DNA of 64,000 bases. Source: Turneriella sp. (GTDB lineage Bacteria; Spirochaetota; Leptospiria; Turneriellales; Turneriellaceae). This document shows positions 41,891 to 52,135 of this stretch, piece after piece (within the stretch, counting starts at the first letter, position 1; every line of letters begins with the position of its first letter). The position numbers were made by a program, and so were the translations under genes. The DNA lies in assembly GCA_965279515.1 (NCBI GenBank), contig CBDIID010000003.1:3680001-3744000 (forward strand). The letters run 5' to 3'. The notes beneath the pieces were generated by a model that did no database searches, was not told the DNA's origin, and worked only from the letters and a program-made list of their open reading frames with translations.

Positions 41891-42901
41891 TTAATGACCG
41901 TGTGCGATCAAATCATGCACTATACCACCCCCAGCCATTTGTCCCGATGCTATAGCCTGAGCGACCGATTGCCGCCGCAGATCGATGATGTCGCCCGCGG
42001 CAAAGACGCCCTCGACACTGGTCTTGCCCATCGCGTCGACAACCACGGCACCGACAGGTTGTAAGGTGCAGCCCAGATCGTGTGCGAAAGGTGCTTTGTG
42101 TTCGAGCGGCAACTGCGGTGTGATAAAGAGGCGTTGAAGTGGATATTCCCCGGCGTCGGTGCACCGCACTGCTTTCAGGCGACCGGCGTCCATAACCAGT
42201 TCTGAGATGGCCGTTGTGACAAGAGAAACTCCAAGCCGCGACAGTTTTTCCTGCTGGTTTTGGGTAAATTCGATGCCTTCGTTTGCAAAGAGCGTGACCT
42301 GACCGCTCAGCCGACGCAGCATCCCCAGAACTCCGGTTAAGAGATCGAAAAGTACGGCGTCGCCGCCGACGAGTGCTGCATCGGTATTACAGACGAGACC
42401 CAGTGTTTCGTCCCGATGTTCGAAGCCGTGGCAGAACGGGCAATGGAAAACGCTCGTACCCCACAGTTCAGAAAAGCCGGCCACCTGCGGCAGGCGATCG
42501 ACAATGCCATACGCCAGAACAACTTTTTGAAAAATGCCCTGGCTTCCATCGGAAAATGTCGCAAAAAATGCCGTCTCTTTTTTCATCAGGGACTGCACCT
42601 GTATGTGCATGCGCTTGACTGAGGGGTATCCCATGAGCGTACCTTCTGCCTGCTCGCGCCAAATCGACGGCGGTGTGCCGTCGATGCCTATCAGGTTGTG
42701 GATTTGCTTCGCCGGCCCATTGCGCGGCCGGCGGTCGTCGCACAGCAGGGTGTCTACACCCATACGCGCCAATGCCATAGCGCAGCTTAGACCTGCCGGA
42801 CCACCGCCGACAATCAGAACATCAGCGTTTGTCACGCATTGACCTTTCAAAGCGCGCCCTGACTTCACGGCAGAAGAGGCTTTCTTCAGAAGAGCTGACA
42901 C
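41891..42901 (-). CDS. NAD(P)/FAD-dependent oxidoreductase (TrxB-like)
   Basis: IVGGGPAG, HCPFCHG, GVFAAGD. Confidence 0.88.
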   Translation of the reverse strand: MSALLKKASSAVKSGRALKGQCVTNADVLIVGGGPAGLSCAMALARMGVDTLLCDDRRPRNGPAKQIHNLIGIDGTPPSIWREQAEGTLMGYPSVKRMHIQVQSLMKKETAFFATFSDGSQGIFQKVVLAYGIVDRLPQVAGFSELWGTSVFHCPFCHGFEHRDETLGLVCNTDAALVGGDAVLFDLLTGVLGMLRRLSGQVTLFANEGIEFTQNQQEKLSRLGVSLVTTAISELVMDAGRLKAVRCTDAGEYPLQRLFITPQLPLEHKAPFAHDLGCTLQPVGAVVVDAMGKTSVEGVFAAGDIIDLRRQSVAQAIASGQMAGGGIVHDLIAHGH

Positions 42902-43616
42902 GCCATTTTCCGATGCCGGTCTTCTTCGCTGGGAAATTCAGCTTTCGCCAGTGAAGATCATGCCGGTACACAGGCTCGGCATCAAGCGCCAGAAAAATTC
43001 TCGGCGTATCTTCTTTTAGAAAAGGGGGTGAACGATGTACCACGCCGTTGCCTTCGTTTCCGCGGTACATACCTCCTTTCATAATGGCGATGTCGTAGGG
43101 CCGAAGTCTTTGTATCGGGCGGCCGTCGATATAACCCGCGTTCGTGCCAGTACCGAGGCCGCTACGATGGACATCCTCATTTTTGAGCCACTCGGTTCCT
43201 TTACCGGTATACGTCACGACGAGGCGAAGCTGGTTCTTGTCGTCATGAAACAGGCGGCAGTGGTCGCTGGTAATTTGGCCGAAAATCGCGGTCAGTGAAA
43301 GCGAGCCTGTCAGCTCCATAAAATCGTGCACGGTAGTGGTGAGTTCATTCAGAATGATGCGGGCTGTGGTGCGCGATCTACAGAACTCAAGAATGAATGC
43401 CGCAAGCGGGCCCATGGTCTGGGCACGGCTAAGGGTTCCGCGAAATTCACCCTTCAGGCGCTGATTGAGGTCTTCAAATTCAGACTTTATGATGGTAGGA
43501 TAATCGCGTTGGATGAGGGCGATGTTGACCCCCGTATCGAAGATACCTTGAGCGTCCAGAACGCGGGCAGCCTTAGTGATATGGGTTTTTAGAGGATTAA
43601 CTGACCTATTTACCAT
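42822..43616 (-). CDS. DUF1826-family protein
   Basis: CRLFHDD..LRLVVTYTGKGTEWL, MKG, GVVHRSPP. Confidence 0.8.
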   Translation of the reverse strand: MVNRSVNPLKTHITKAARVLDAQGIFDTGVNIALIQRDYPTIIKSEFEDLNQRLKGEFRGTLSRAQTMGPLAAFILEFCRSRTTARIILNELTTTVHDFMELTGSLSLTAIFGQITSDHCRLFHDDKNQLRLVVTYTGKGTEWLKNEDVHRSGLGTGTNAGYIDGRPIQRLRPYDIAIMKGGMYRGNEGNGVVHRSPPFLKEDTPRIFLALDAEPVYRHDLHWRKLNFPAKKTGIGKWRVSSSEESLFCREVRARFERSMRDKR

Positions 43617-43647
43617 ACACCATCCCGAAAAGTTTTCCAGATTTGTA

Positions 43648-43667
43648 AATGATAATATATTATCATT
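43648..43667. promoter_or_regulatory. Fur-family (putative Zur) operator, perfect 20-bp palindrome
   Basis: AATGATAATATATTATCATT between divergent genes. Confidence 0.75.
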
Positions 43668-43677
43668 ATCATTTTGA

Positions 43678-44139
43678 TTGACACCGCCGACACTTCCTTT
43701 AGGGGGATATATGAAGTACCGCCATTATATGCTCGCCACCCTAGTGGTTGCGATTCTCGGATGGGTTGAGGATTCACACGGTCACATTGATGCGCATGAC
43801 CAGGGTGAGGTTGTGACCCAGGCGATGCCCAACGGCTTTGTCCGTGGCTACAAGCCAGGTAAACTCGAATCGCAACTGCCAGGTTTTGTGAAGGTCAAGA
43901 TGTCATCGGACCACGGCGTTCAGATCGGTCCGCACTGCTTTCGGCCCCTGGAAGGTGATCTGCGGTTTTCCCTGATTCAGGGCATTCCAGAGGCGTTGGC
44001 GAAAAAAAATCCGCACGCCGAAAAGCGCTTCTATTACGAAGTCGTCGAGCGTGATGGTGACACGATACGCGTTTCGCTGGTAGATGCGCTTACCGGGGAG
44101 TTGATCGACCCTGCAACGGGTACCGGGGTATCGCCATAA
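43678..44139 (+). CDS. Exported hypothetical protein
   Basis: Signal peptide, HGHIDAHD motif; real start likely MKYRH. Confidence 0.6.
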   Translation: MTPPTLPLGGYMKYRHYMLATLVVAILGWVEDSHGHIDAHDQGEVVTQAMPNGFVRGYKPGKLESQLPGFVKVKMSSDHGVQIGPHCFRPLEGDLRFSLIQGIPEALAKKNPHAEKRFYYEVVERDGDTIRVSLVDALTGELIDPATGTGVSP

Positions 44140-44224
44140 TTTATGCATACGCGGTCGCAAAAAACAGAAATGCCATGTCTGTCCGGAGAATAGCCATGGC
44201 AGAGTTGGGCGTTTAAGTGAGTTG

Positions 44225-44818
44225 TTATTGGTCTTTGACTTGAATTTTAAAGACGATCGGGCGGCCTGCGCGCTCGATTTCAATTTTGATTTCACGTGCC
44301 TCTTTCAGCGCTACAGGCGATGCCCAGGTCGCAGGGTCGAATGGCTGACCTTGAACTCTCTTGATCTGATCGTCCAGCCGTAAGCCCAGCGGTTGCAAAA
44401 CCGTCGTAAGCCGCTCGTGCGCACTGCCGGGTTCGAACGCGGTGAGCCAACGCGTGCGTTCGATTTCGCGCAGCAGAATACGCACGTTCGGGGAAAATTC
44501 AGGGGGGATTTCTTTTGTTGCTGCAGGTTTTGGGCGGTTGGGGATTGTCCCTGGTGCCGGCAGGCTCTTCCCGGTTTCGATTTTTATCCGCCGCCCCGCT
44601 TCGCTGACCCAGATATGCTCATGCCCGATGCTTATTATGGTCGCACCTTCGATTCGGCAAGCACAGTGATCGCGGCGACACGCGAGGCTGAGCGCGCAAA
44701 AGATTTCTGTGCCCTTATTTTCGGTTTCAATCAGCGCGCGCGATTCTTCTCCCGCTTCGACTGTTCCCAAAAGTTTATGCCGCGCCTCTGGCCAAACTGC
44801 CACCCCGGCAAGTTGCAT
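44225..44818 (-). CDS. Hypothetical protein (PDZ-like tail)
   Basis: LGLRLDDQIKRVQGQ...IEIERAG. Confidence 0.45.
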   Translation of the reverse strand: MQLAGVAVWPEARHKLLGTVEAGEESRALIETENKGTEIFCALSLACRRDHCACRIEGATIISIGHEHIWVSEAGRRIKIETGKSLPAPGTIPNRPKPAATKEIPPEFSPNVRILLREIERTRWLTAFEPGSAHERLTTVLQPLGLRLDDQIKRVQGQPFDPATWASPVALKEAREIKIEIERAGRPIVFKIQVKDQ

Positions 44819-44850
44819 CAGGCAGAAAGTAGTCTTAAAAAAGTCGCTAA

Positions 44851-44866
44851 TGATAAGCCGTTATCA
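44851..44866. promoter_or_regulatory. Fur-family (putative Zur) operator
   Basis: TGATAA-gccg-TTATCA next to TTGACG. Confidence 0.65.
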
Positions 44867-44956
44867 AAAGTGTTGACGCGCCGTCTCTTGCTATTTAGTT
44901 ATCATTATCAATAATGTTCAGCGTCCAACGCTGATGCAAATTTACGGAGGTAAATA

Positions 44957-45697
44957 ATGATTCAAAAAATTACGATATTCGCGCTCGCAGTCATGGGTTC
45001 AACCCTATTGGCGGCACCAAAAAAGGCAGCGCCGAAAATAGCGGAAACGCCTAAAGTTGAAGCCAAAGCGCCTGCGGCCGCGGCAGCCCCTGTCGCCGCG
45101 AAAGCGGACAGTTTGGGTTTTGGCAATGCGAAATTCTCTGCCTCGCTCTGGGGTGGTTTGGGACTCATTGTTTCGAAGAGTACACACACCAAAGAATTCG
45201 AATCGTTCGGCTCCAAAATAGGTATCGAACAGAAGGCGACTACAGGAGCACCAGCCTTCGGTGCGACTGTCTGGTATGGCAACAGTGCCAATGCCGTAGG
45301 CCTTGAAGGTGGCTATTCCCAGGTGTATAAAAATACATCGAATACTTCAGGTGTGAGCTATACTTACGCGCTGAATATCATTAGCGCACAGGCTCTCTAC
45401 CGCTATGAAGTTTTCGACGGGCTCTATGCCGCGGCGGGTGCTGGTGTTGCAGTTGCTTCGATAACAGCTGAAAATACATCGTATGTTCAGGGAAGCCTGA
45501 AATCCAAGATTGCTCCGCTTTTCTCGCTGCGTATCGGCTACGATTATCCGCTGACCCAAGAAATTATCGTGGGCGCATACGTTCAAGGTTCAATGGCTCT
45601 GCTCAATATCGAAGATTCGTTCTCTTCGGGTAAGCAGACATATGCTGCGGGTAATGTCATTGTTGCGCCCATTGTGCAGCTGACTTACAAGTTCTGA
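44957..45697 (+). CDS. Outer-membrane beta-barrel protein
   Basis: GGAGG RBS, signal peptide, C-terminal LTYKF. Confidence 0.7.
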   Translation: MIQKITIFALAVMGSTLLAAPKKAAPKIAETPKVEAKAPAAAAAPVAAKADSLGFGNAKFSASLWGGLGLIVSKSTHTKEFESFGSKIGIEQKATTGAPAFGATVWYGNSANAVGLEGGYSQVYKNTSNTSGVSYTYALNIISAQALYRYEVFDGLYAAAGAGVAVASITAENTSYVQGSLKSKIAPLFSLRIGYDYPLTQEIIVGAYVQGSMALLNIEDSFSSGKQTYAAGNVIVAPIVQLTYKF

Positions 45698-45716
45698 TCG
45701 ATTAAGGAGGATTAAA

Positions 45717-46391
45717 ATGAAAAAAATAATTTTACTCATAACAAGCCTCGGCTTTGCTGCTGTGGCCCAGAGCTGCAACCAGACTGTAAGCTCTGCTAAA
45801 AGCGGTGATCCGGCAGTTACCGATGGCGTACTACGGGAGATTAGTGCAAGTTCTTATACTGCCACCATAACTGCCGCCAACGATTTTAGTATCCATCTGG
45901 AAGGTGTGAGTGTTGCTTCAGGGCAAAACTTGGAGATTATCGCCAAAGCCTCGGCAGTTTCTGAAGTCGCCGGCTGGAAGTTTGCCTTCACTGGTGGAAC
46001 ATCGGGAAAGGTTCGGGTTTCGCGTCTTGGCTCTTCACAAGCCATGGATTCCGGTACCTATGATACCAGTGACGGTAAGACCTGGTGCATCGACGTGCAC
46101 GCGACGGAGAACCCCAACCACCATATCATCTGGAAGGGTACTTGCTCAAATTCGATAGTCGCCGGTCAGTGGGGCAATGCGCAGTTCAACAGCAATGAGC
46201 AAAACGACAGTGCTGGCAATCACGATGCACGTTCTGCCTCAAACTATGGTACAGGTATGACAGCATGTGGCGGTACAGGTACCTGCTTCACCAACACTGG
46301 CGATCCTACCGGTACAAAAGTCCTCTATAAAGCTGATAAGGGGACCGTATCGGGCGTTGTCGTGAAGGCAGCACGGACAAGCGGTCTTTGA
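45717..46391 (+). CDS. Lipoprotein, hypothetical
   Basis: AAGGAGG RBS, AQSC lipobox, DVH...HHI motif. Confidence 0.7.
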   Translation: MKKIILLITSLGFAAVAQSCNQTVSSAKSGDPAVTDGVLREISASSYTATITAANDFSIHLEGVSVASGQNLEIIAKASAVSEVAGWKFAFTGGTSGKVRVSRLGSSQAMDSGTYDTSDGKTWCIDVHATENPNHHIIWKGTCSNSIVAGQWGNAQFNSNEQNDSAGNHDARSASNYGTGMTACGGTGTCFTNTGDPTGTKVLYKADKGTVSGVVVKAARTSGL

Positions 46392-46424
46392 CGCAGACCA
46401 GATCTTCTGAAATTGACTCTAAAG

Positions 46425-46449
46425 ACCCGGCGTTTGCCGGGTTTTTTTT
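46425..46449 (+). terminator. Rho-independent terminator
   Basis: acccggc-gttt-gccgggt followed by T run. Confidence 0.85.
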
Positions 46450-46560
46450 CAATCTACGCCGGGCATGAACCGGTATCTTACTTTCCGGCAATATTTGACA
46501 TATTCCCGATCTTGCCTAAGGTGCGTTCTTTTCAGTGGAAGATCTTTTATTGCTCGCAAG

Positions 46561-46576
46561 TGAGAATCTGTTCTCA
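46561..46576. promoter_or_regulatory. Fur-family (putative Zur) operator
   Basis: TGAGAA-tctg-TTCTCA upstream of porin-znu operon. Confidence 0.65.
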
Positions 46577-46599
46577 TTAGTGACCAAGGCTGGTTATAC

Positions 46600-47853
46600 A
46601 TGATCTCTGTCTTCTTTAAAAAGAACCTCTACTTAGGCGCCTGTCTGATCTTGCTGTACGGCCTGGTTAATGCAGTGTTGGCCGACAACAAGGCCGAAAC
46701 TGCAGACGACGAGAAAAAAATCGAAGAAGAAATCGAGCGCGCCGAGAAAAATGTGCCGACTGCCGTGCAAATGCCGACGCAGGTGCAGGCAACATCCAAC
46801 ACTAACCAGAACTGGGGTACGCAGGGCGGGGCGATGGCGACAGACAGGGTGAATTTCCCTAACATCGCCGTCGCCATCGACGCTATGGCCGAGCATGACC
46901 TCGGTGATCAGCGCCAGTCGACGAATTCTGCCTTCATTCGCACTGCCGAATTCGGTTTTACCGGAGCCGTCGACTACTGGATGCAAGGTATGGTGCTCTT
47001 TGCGATGCACCGCGAAGCCGGCGAGTACAAGCTCGATCCGCATGAAATTTCTGCCGAGTTCACCAACCTGCCGTGGAACCTGAATCTCAAAGTTGGTCGC
47101 ATGTTTATCGACGGTGGTCGCCTCATGCGCCGCCACCAGCATGATTGGAATTTCACCACCGCACCGCTGATGCACAAGCGCTTGGTGGATCCGGTGATTG
47201 GAGAGGGGTTACTCGATACGGGCGGCGAGCTCTCGTGGCTTGCCCCCTGGAATTTTTTTCAGGAAATTAAGTTTGGCGTTTTTAACGGTCGCACGTTCGG
47301 GCACTCGCATAACGACGGGCCGGATAAGCCGCTGCCCTTGCTCTTGGGCCGCTTCAAGCAATTTTTACCGACAAGCGGTTATGGCGGTATTCTTTTGGGC
47401 CTGACCTATATGCACTATTCGCCGACGCAAGACCGCGGCGACTCTGACCAGACTTTTGGCACCGATATCACCTACCGTTTTCAGAAGAACCGGATCAGCT
47501 CCGTTGAAATTGGTCTCGAAGCGCAATACCGCAAAGAGACGCGCGTCGTGGCTCGCCCCGAAGATAAACTCGGCGCCTATGCATTCATCGCTTATAATTT
47601 TATGAACTTTTGGACGGTGGGCCTCCGCGTCGATCTTTTCACCCGCTATTCGGTCATTTCGAATCGCACGGGCCTGGCTTATGATCCGCAGGATTCCGCT
47701 GGTTCTCTGTGGATCGCTTACCGCCCGTCAGAGTTTTCAACCATTCGTTTGACCGGCGAATACCTGCAAATCGACGGGCAAAACGATCCGTACCTGACAG
47801 CCTACCTGCAAATGGTTTACGTTTTGGGCTTTCATCCGCCGCACACTTTTTAG
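46600..47853 (+). CDS. Outer-membrane porin/receptor linked to metal ABC transporter
   Basis: HQHDWNF, C-terminal LGFHPPHTF; heads ABC operon. Confidence 0.75.
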   Translation: MISVFFKKNLYLGACLILLYGLVNAVLADNKAETADDEKKIEEEIERAEKNVPTAVQMPTQVQATSNTNQNWGTQGGAMATDRVNFPNIAVAIDAMAEHDLGDQRQSTNSAFIRTAEFGFTGAVDYWMQGMVLFAMHREAGEYKLDPHEISAEFTNLPWNLNLKVGRMFIDGGRLMRRHQHDWNFTTAPLMHKRLVDPVIGEGLLDTGGELSWLAPWNFFQEIKFGVFNGRTFGHSHNDGPDKPLPLLLGRFKQFLPTSGYGGILLGLTYMHYSPTQDRGDSDQTFGTDITYRFQKNRISSVEIGLEAQYRKETRVVARPEDKLGAYAFIAYNFMNFWTVGLRVDLFTRYSVISNRTGLAYDPQDSAGSLWIAYRPSEFSTIRLTGEYLQIDGQNDPYLTAYLQMVYVLGFHPPHTF

Positions 47854-47863
47854 ATGGGGGAAT

Positions 47864-48826
47864 ATGTACAGAAGTTGTTTTAAACGCAGTCGCGATCAAA
47901 GCCAGAGAGGGATTCTCCGTGTAACTACACCTTCTCTGCGGTTCGTGTTTCTTTTTGCGCTCTGCTCGTTTTTTTTTCCTGCGAATGCGCTGCGCATTGT
48001 GACAACGACGACCGACCTCGCCAGCATCGCGAAAGAAGTCGGGGGTAGCCGCGTTGAAGCCGAAAGTCTGACCGAAGGCAATATCGACCTGCATTTTGTT
48101 TCGGCGAGGCCCGACTTCATCATGAAAATGAACCGGGCAGATGTTTTCGTGGAAATCGGCCTCGATCTCGAAGCCAGCTGGACGCCGGTGCTACTGAATC
48201 AAGCACGTAACCCAAAGATACAGCGCGGGCAACAGGGCTATTGTTTCGCCTTTAAGGGTATCCGGCTGCTGCAGGTTCCCACGGGCATTGTCGACCGTTC
48301 GATGGGTGACATTCATGTTTTTGGTAATCCGCATTATTGGATAGACCCTTTAAACGGCATACAGATCGCGAAGAACATTCTGAATACACTTACCCTTATC
48401 GACTATGAGCACGAGAAAGAATACCGGGCGAACTATGAAGCGTTCGTCGCGAAGGTCAAAAAACTCACACTCGATCTCATGCGGGTCATGAAACCGCACA
48501 AAGGTAAGAAGCTGGTGGTCTACCACCAGGAGTTCAATTACCTCGCCGATCGGTTTGGTCTCGAAATAGCCGGTTCAGTCGAGCAACGGCTCGGAATTGC
48601 TCCCGGACCCGCGTGGATCAATAAGACTGTTGCTCTGATAAAAGAGCAGAAAATCGGCGTCGTGCTTGTGTCCCCGTGGTCGAATGTCGGTATTGCGCGC
48701 CGTGTCGCCGAGGACAGCGGCGCAAAGCTCCTGATCTTGCCGGTGCAGACGGGGTCGGGAGAAAACACCGAAACCTGGCTCAAAATGATTGAGACGGCGA
48801 CGCGAACTTTGGCAGCGTCGCTTTAA
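47864..48826 (+). CDS. znuA: Zn/Mn ABC substrate-binding protein
   Basis: IVTTT, DLHF, GDIHVFGNPHYW, YHQEFNY. Confidence 0.8.
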   Translation: MYRSCFKRSRDQSQRGILRVTTPSLRFVFLFALCSFFFPANALRIVTTTTDLASIAKEVGGSRVEAESLTEGNIDLHFVSARPDFIMKMNRADVFVEIGLDLEASWTPVLLNQARNPKIQRGQQGYCFAFKGIRLLQVPTGIVDRSMGDIHVFGNPHYWIDPLNGIQIAKNILNTLTLIDYEHEKEYRANYEAFVAKVKKLTLDLMRVMKPHKGKKLVVYHQEFNYLADRFGLEIAGSVEQRLGIAPGPAWINKTVALIKEQKIGVVLVSPWSNVGIARRVAEDSGAKLLILPVQTGSGENTETWLKMIETATRTLAASL

Positions 48827-49488
48827 TGATTCAATTACGGAACGCGGCCATTGGTTATGGTCGTCGTCCGCTGATTTCCTGTATTGATCTGAAAGTTACG
48901 CCGGGCGATATCATTTTCCTTTCTGGACCGAACGGGTCGGGAAAAAGCACGCTGGCAAAATCTTTTCTGGGCGTTCTGCCCCTGGTTTCGGGTGACCGTA
49001 TCAATACCTTTCATCGCCTGGCTTATGTGCCACAGAGTTCGCACTTTGATGTGCAGTACCCCGTTACCGTCAGTGGTCTTATCCGTCAGGGGCTTAGGGA
49101 CCGCTACCGTGTCGCGGCCTGGCTGCGCACTAACCGCAGGCATGAGGAGGAACAGGTAAGTGAAATTTTATCTGTTGTAAACCTGACCTCGGCGGCCGGT
49201 TCCCTGTTGCGCGAAATTTCCGGAGGTCAATTACAACGCGCCCTGATCGGCCGTGCCCTTGTCGGTAAACCCGATTTTCTGCTGCTCGATGAACCGTTTT
49301 CCAATCTCGACCGTTCAGGCCGCGGTGAAATAGCACTTATCCTGAGAAAATATGCCTCCCCTGCTTGCGCTTTATGTGTGATCGACCATGGCGATGCTAT
49401 CGAGCGCAGTTTTTACACCCGTTTTCTCGAGATTGATGCAGGGCACCTGCAGGAAAGGAACACCGTCTTTTCCGACGGGAATCAATAA
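48826..49488 (+). CDS. znuC: Metal ABC transporter ATPase
   Basis: GPNGSGKST, ISGGQLQR, LLLDEP. Confidence 0.8.
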   Translation: MIQLRNAAIGYGRRPLISCIDLKVTPGDIIFLSGPNGSGKSTLAKSFLGVLPLVSGDRINTFHRLAYVPQSSHFDVQYPVTVSGLIRQGLRDRYRVAAWLRTNRRHEEEQVSEILSVVNLTSAAGSLLREISGGQLQRALIGRALVGKPDFLLLDEPFSNLDRSGRGEIALILRKYASPACALCVIDHGDAIERSFYTRFLEIDAGHLQERNTVFSDGNQ

Positions 49489-49489
49489 T

Positions 49490-50407
49490 ATGGAAAAGAT
49501 CTTCTCTTACTTTCAGCAGTACCAGACTGCGGTTCTGCTCAGTCTGGCATATTTTATGGCTGCGGGATACATTGGCCTTTCCCTGATATTGCGGCGGGCG
49601 AGTCTATTCGGCTTGGTACTTTCGCAGGTTGCGCAGGTTAGCTTTCTATTGGGACTGGCTCTTGCAGCACAAATCCAGGGACATGAGCACGTTTATGCCA
49701 TGATCAACCGTTCCGGCGCCTCGGGCGGCGACTGGCATTTTCTTGAAATTGATATGTTTGTGGTTCCCATAACGTTATTGCTGCTGGTACCGTTCGTTTA
49801 TTTTGCCATCCGCGGCTCCCGAAACAAGGAAACATTGCTTGTTCTGGGCTTGTTGCTTGCGCTGGCGGCTTACCCCTTGATCAACAAGGTTTTTGGCGGT
49901 ACCGATGTTGTTCTTGCTAAAGCATATTTTACAGAGATATTATACACGCCTTCGGCGATGTTCATACATTATTTACCGGCGATCGCTTTGCTTGTGAGTA
50001 TCCTGGTGTTGTATCAGAGAAAATTCATGCTTTCCGGTTTTGATCCTGTACAGGCAAGACTGAATGGCATTAACACAGCCTTCAGCGATGCACTTTTTTA
50101 TTTCCTGTCCGGCATAATTCTTTCTTTTGTGGTCCGCGTCGTGGGCGCGTATGTGGCAATGGCGGTTTTGATTGTACCCGGGTTTGTTTCACTTTCGGTA
50201 ATGCGCACGATGCGCGGCGTCCTGTTTTTGTCGATTTTACTTGCGTTGCTTTTGCCCGCAATGGGATTCGTGTTTGCATTTCGGTTCGACAGTATTTCCA
50301 CAGAGCCCTTTCTCACAGTTTTTGTAATTTGTGCCGGTGGCGCAATTCTTCTATTGAGGCTTTCGATTCTGACTTTTCGGCCAAGACGAAACGGCATAAA
50401 AACATGA
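49490..50407 (+). CDS. znuB: Metal ABC transporter permease
   Basis: Multi-TM, FDPVQARLNG, VRVVG. Confidence 0.75.
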   Translation: MEKIFSYFQQYQTAVLLSLAYFMAAGYIGLSLILRRASLFGLVLSQVAQVSFLLGLALAAQIQGHEHVYAMINRSGASGGDWHFLEIDMFVVPITLLLLVPFVYFAIRGSRNKETLLVLGLLLALAAYPLINKVFGGTDVVLAKAYFTEILYTPSAMFIHYLPAIALLVSILVLYQRKFMLSGFDPVQARLNGINTAFSDALFYFLSGIILSFVVRVVGAYVAMAVLIVPGFVSLSVMRTMRGVLFLSILLALLLPAMGFVFAFRFDSISTEPFLTVFVICAGGAILLLRLSILTFRPRRNGIKT

Positions 50408-50985
50408 ACCCCAAGGTCGATTTTTACTTCCGCAAGGCCAAAAAATGGCAGAAAGAGATAGCGCAGCTACGCACAATCGCTCTCGCCTGTAAGCTCAGCG
50501 AAGAATTAAAATGGGGATGTCCCAGTTACACCTTTGAAGGCAATAACATCGTACTGATCCATGTGTTTAAAGATTACTGCGCATTTTTATTTTTCAAAGG
50601 TGCGCTCTTAAAAGACAGCAAAGGTATCTTGGTTCAGCAAACGAAAAATGTGCAGGCGGCGCGCCAGATCCGCTTTACGAATCTTAAGGAAATAGTTAAG
50701 CTGAAAGCCACTTTGAAAACTTATATTCTCGAAGCGATTCAAGTCGAAAAGGCCGGCCTGAAAGTGAAATTCAAAAAAACTACGGAATTCAAAACCCCCG
50801 AGGAGTTCCAAAAAAAGTTGGATCATCACCCTGCGCTAAAAACTGCTTTTGCCGCCCTGACGCCCGGCCGGCAGCGCGGGTACCTGCTTTATTTTTCCGC
50901 GGCGAAACAATCGGCAACGCGTGAGTCCAGGGTCGAAAAAAATATTGATCGTATTCTCGATGGCCTGGGTTTAGATGATAAATAG
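50404..50985 (+). CDS. YdeI/OmpD-associated (DUF1801) protein
   Basis: EELKWGCP, ALTPGRQRGY, AKQSATR. Confidence 0.9.
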   Translation: MNPKVDFYFRKAKKWQKEIAQLRTIALACKLSEELKWGCPSYTFEGNNIVLIHVFKDYCAFLFFKGALLKDSKGILVQQTKNVQAARQIRFTNLKEIVKLKATLKTYILEAIQVEKAGLKVKFKKTTEFKTPEEFQKKLDHHPALKTAFAALTPGRQRGYLLYFSAAKQSATRESRVEKNIDRILDGLGLDDK

Positions 50986-51487
50986 CGGCTACAGCAATTT
51001 GCTGAGAAAAATTCCGGGTATACTAATTTTTCTCGGGGCATTTTTTTGCCTGCACGGCGACAAAGAAAAAACCGAAAAACTCCTGGTCGGCATCTGGCAG
51101 GATTCCCCCGTCATGGCCTCGGGCTGGGGCGAGGCATACCAGTTTTTCCCCGATGGAAAATTTATCCTCAACCACAACCAGATGGATTGCGGGAAGCGCG
51201 AGCTGAGCCTTTTGGGTACGTGGAGCATAGAGAAAGCTTATCTCATACTGAAGGTGAGCAGCCGAAAGGTCGTTAAAGGCGGTAAAAAAGTTAAGTCATC
51301 CGGCTCCTGTGCCTCTGAGTACGATATCGAAGGCGGCCAGACCGTCACAGAAAATCTTCCGGCGCCGAAGAAGATCCGCCTTAAAATCAGCAACACAAAA
51401 GCGGATGCGGAATTTCCATTGCCGGTCATCGGGTTTGACAAACAAAAATACTGGAAACTCCGCGAAGATCCCAAAGATTATCAGTAA
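50975..51487 (+). CDS. Exported hypothetical protein
   Basis: 170-aa ORF with signal-like N-terminus. Confidence 0.6.
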   Translation: MINSGYSNLLRKIPGILIFLGAFFCLHGDKEKTEKLLVGIWQDSPVMASGWGEAYQFFPDGKFILNHNQMDCGKRELSLLGTWSIEKAYLILKVSSRKVVKGGKKVKSSGSCASEYDIEGGQTVTENLPAPKKIRLKISNTKADAEFPLPVIGFDKQKYWKLREDPKDYQ

Positions 51488-51490
51488 GGT

Positions 51491-52123
51491 GTGCGAGGTT
51501 ATATGATCGAGCTATTTGAATCCGCGATTTCCGGAAACAGCCACAAGGTCCGGATGATGCTGTCGTTCCTGAATTTGAAATACGAGAGCCGAATTGTCAA
51601 TATGAAGGAACGGGGGCATAAAACGGAAGAGTTTCTGGAAAAGAATCCGTTTGGTCAGGTACCGGTGCTGAAAGATGGCGACGTGGTTATCCGCGATAGC
51701 CAGGCAATTTTAGTTTATCTTGCGCGCGCCTATGGCGACGACCATTGGTTTCCCATGGATGCAGCAAAGGCAGCCGAGGTGACTGCATGGTTATCGACAG
51801 CCGCCAATGAAGTCGCCCGTGGGCCCAGCGCCCTGAGAGCGCATTTCGTCATCGGCAAGGCGATTAACGTCGAAGAGGCTCAGGCAATTACCGACAATCT
51901 TCTGCCGGTACTCGAAAAACGCCTGCGCGATAACCTGTGGCTTGCAACAGCATCGGTTACAGTGGCGGATATCGCCGTCTATCCCTATATTGCGCTGGCG
52001 CATCAGGGCAAAGTTGATTTAGGCGGATTTCCCCGTGTCAGGGCATGGCTGCACCGGATCGAAAGTTTACCCGGTTACGTTGGCATGGCAGGTATTCCAT
52101 TGCAGGCGCCAGGCAACACCTGA
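51491..52123 (+). CDS. Glutathione S-transferase
   Basis: SGNSHKV, NPFGQVPVL, DSQAIL, TVADIA. Confidence 0.93.
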   Translation: MRGYMIELFESAISGNSHKVRMMLSFLNLKYESRIVNMKERGHKTEEFLEKNPFGQVPVLKDGDVVIRDSQAILVYLARAYGDDHWFPMDAAKAAEVTAWLSTAANEVARGPSALRAHFVIGKAINVEEAQAITDNLLPVLEKRLRDNLWLATASVTVADIAVYPYIALAHQGKVDLGGFPRVRAWLHRIESLPGYVGMAGIPLQAPGNT

Positions 52124-52135
52124 GCCGGCCTACGA

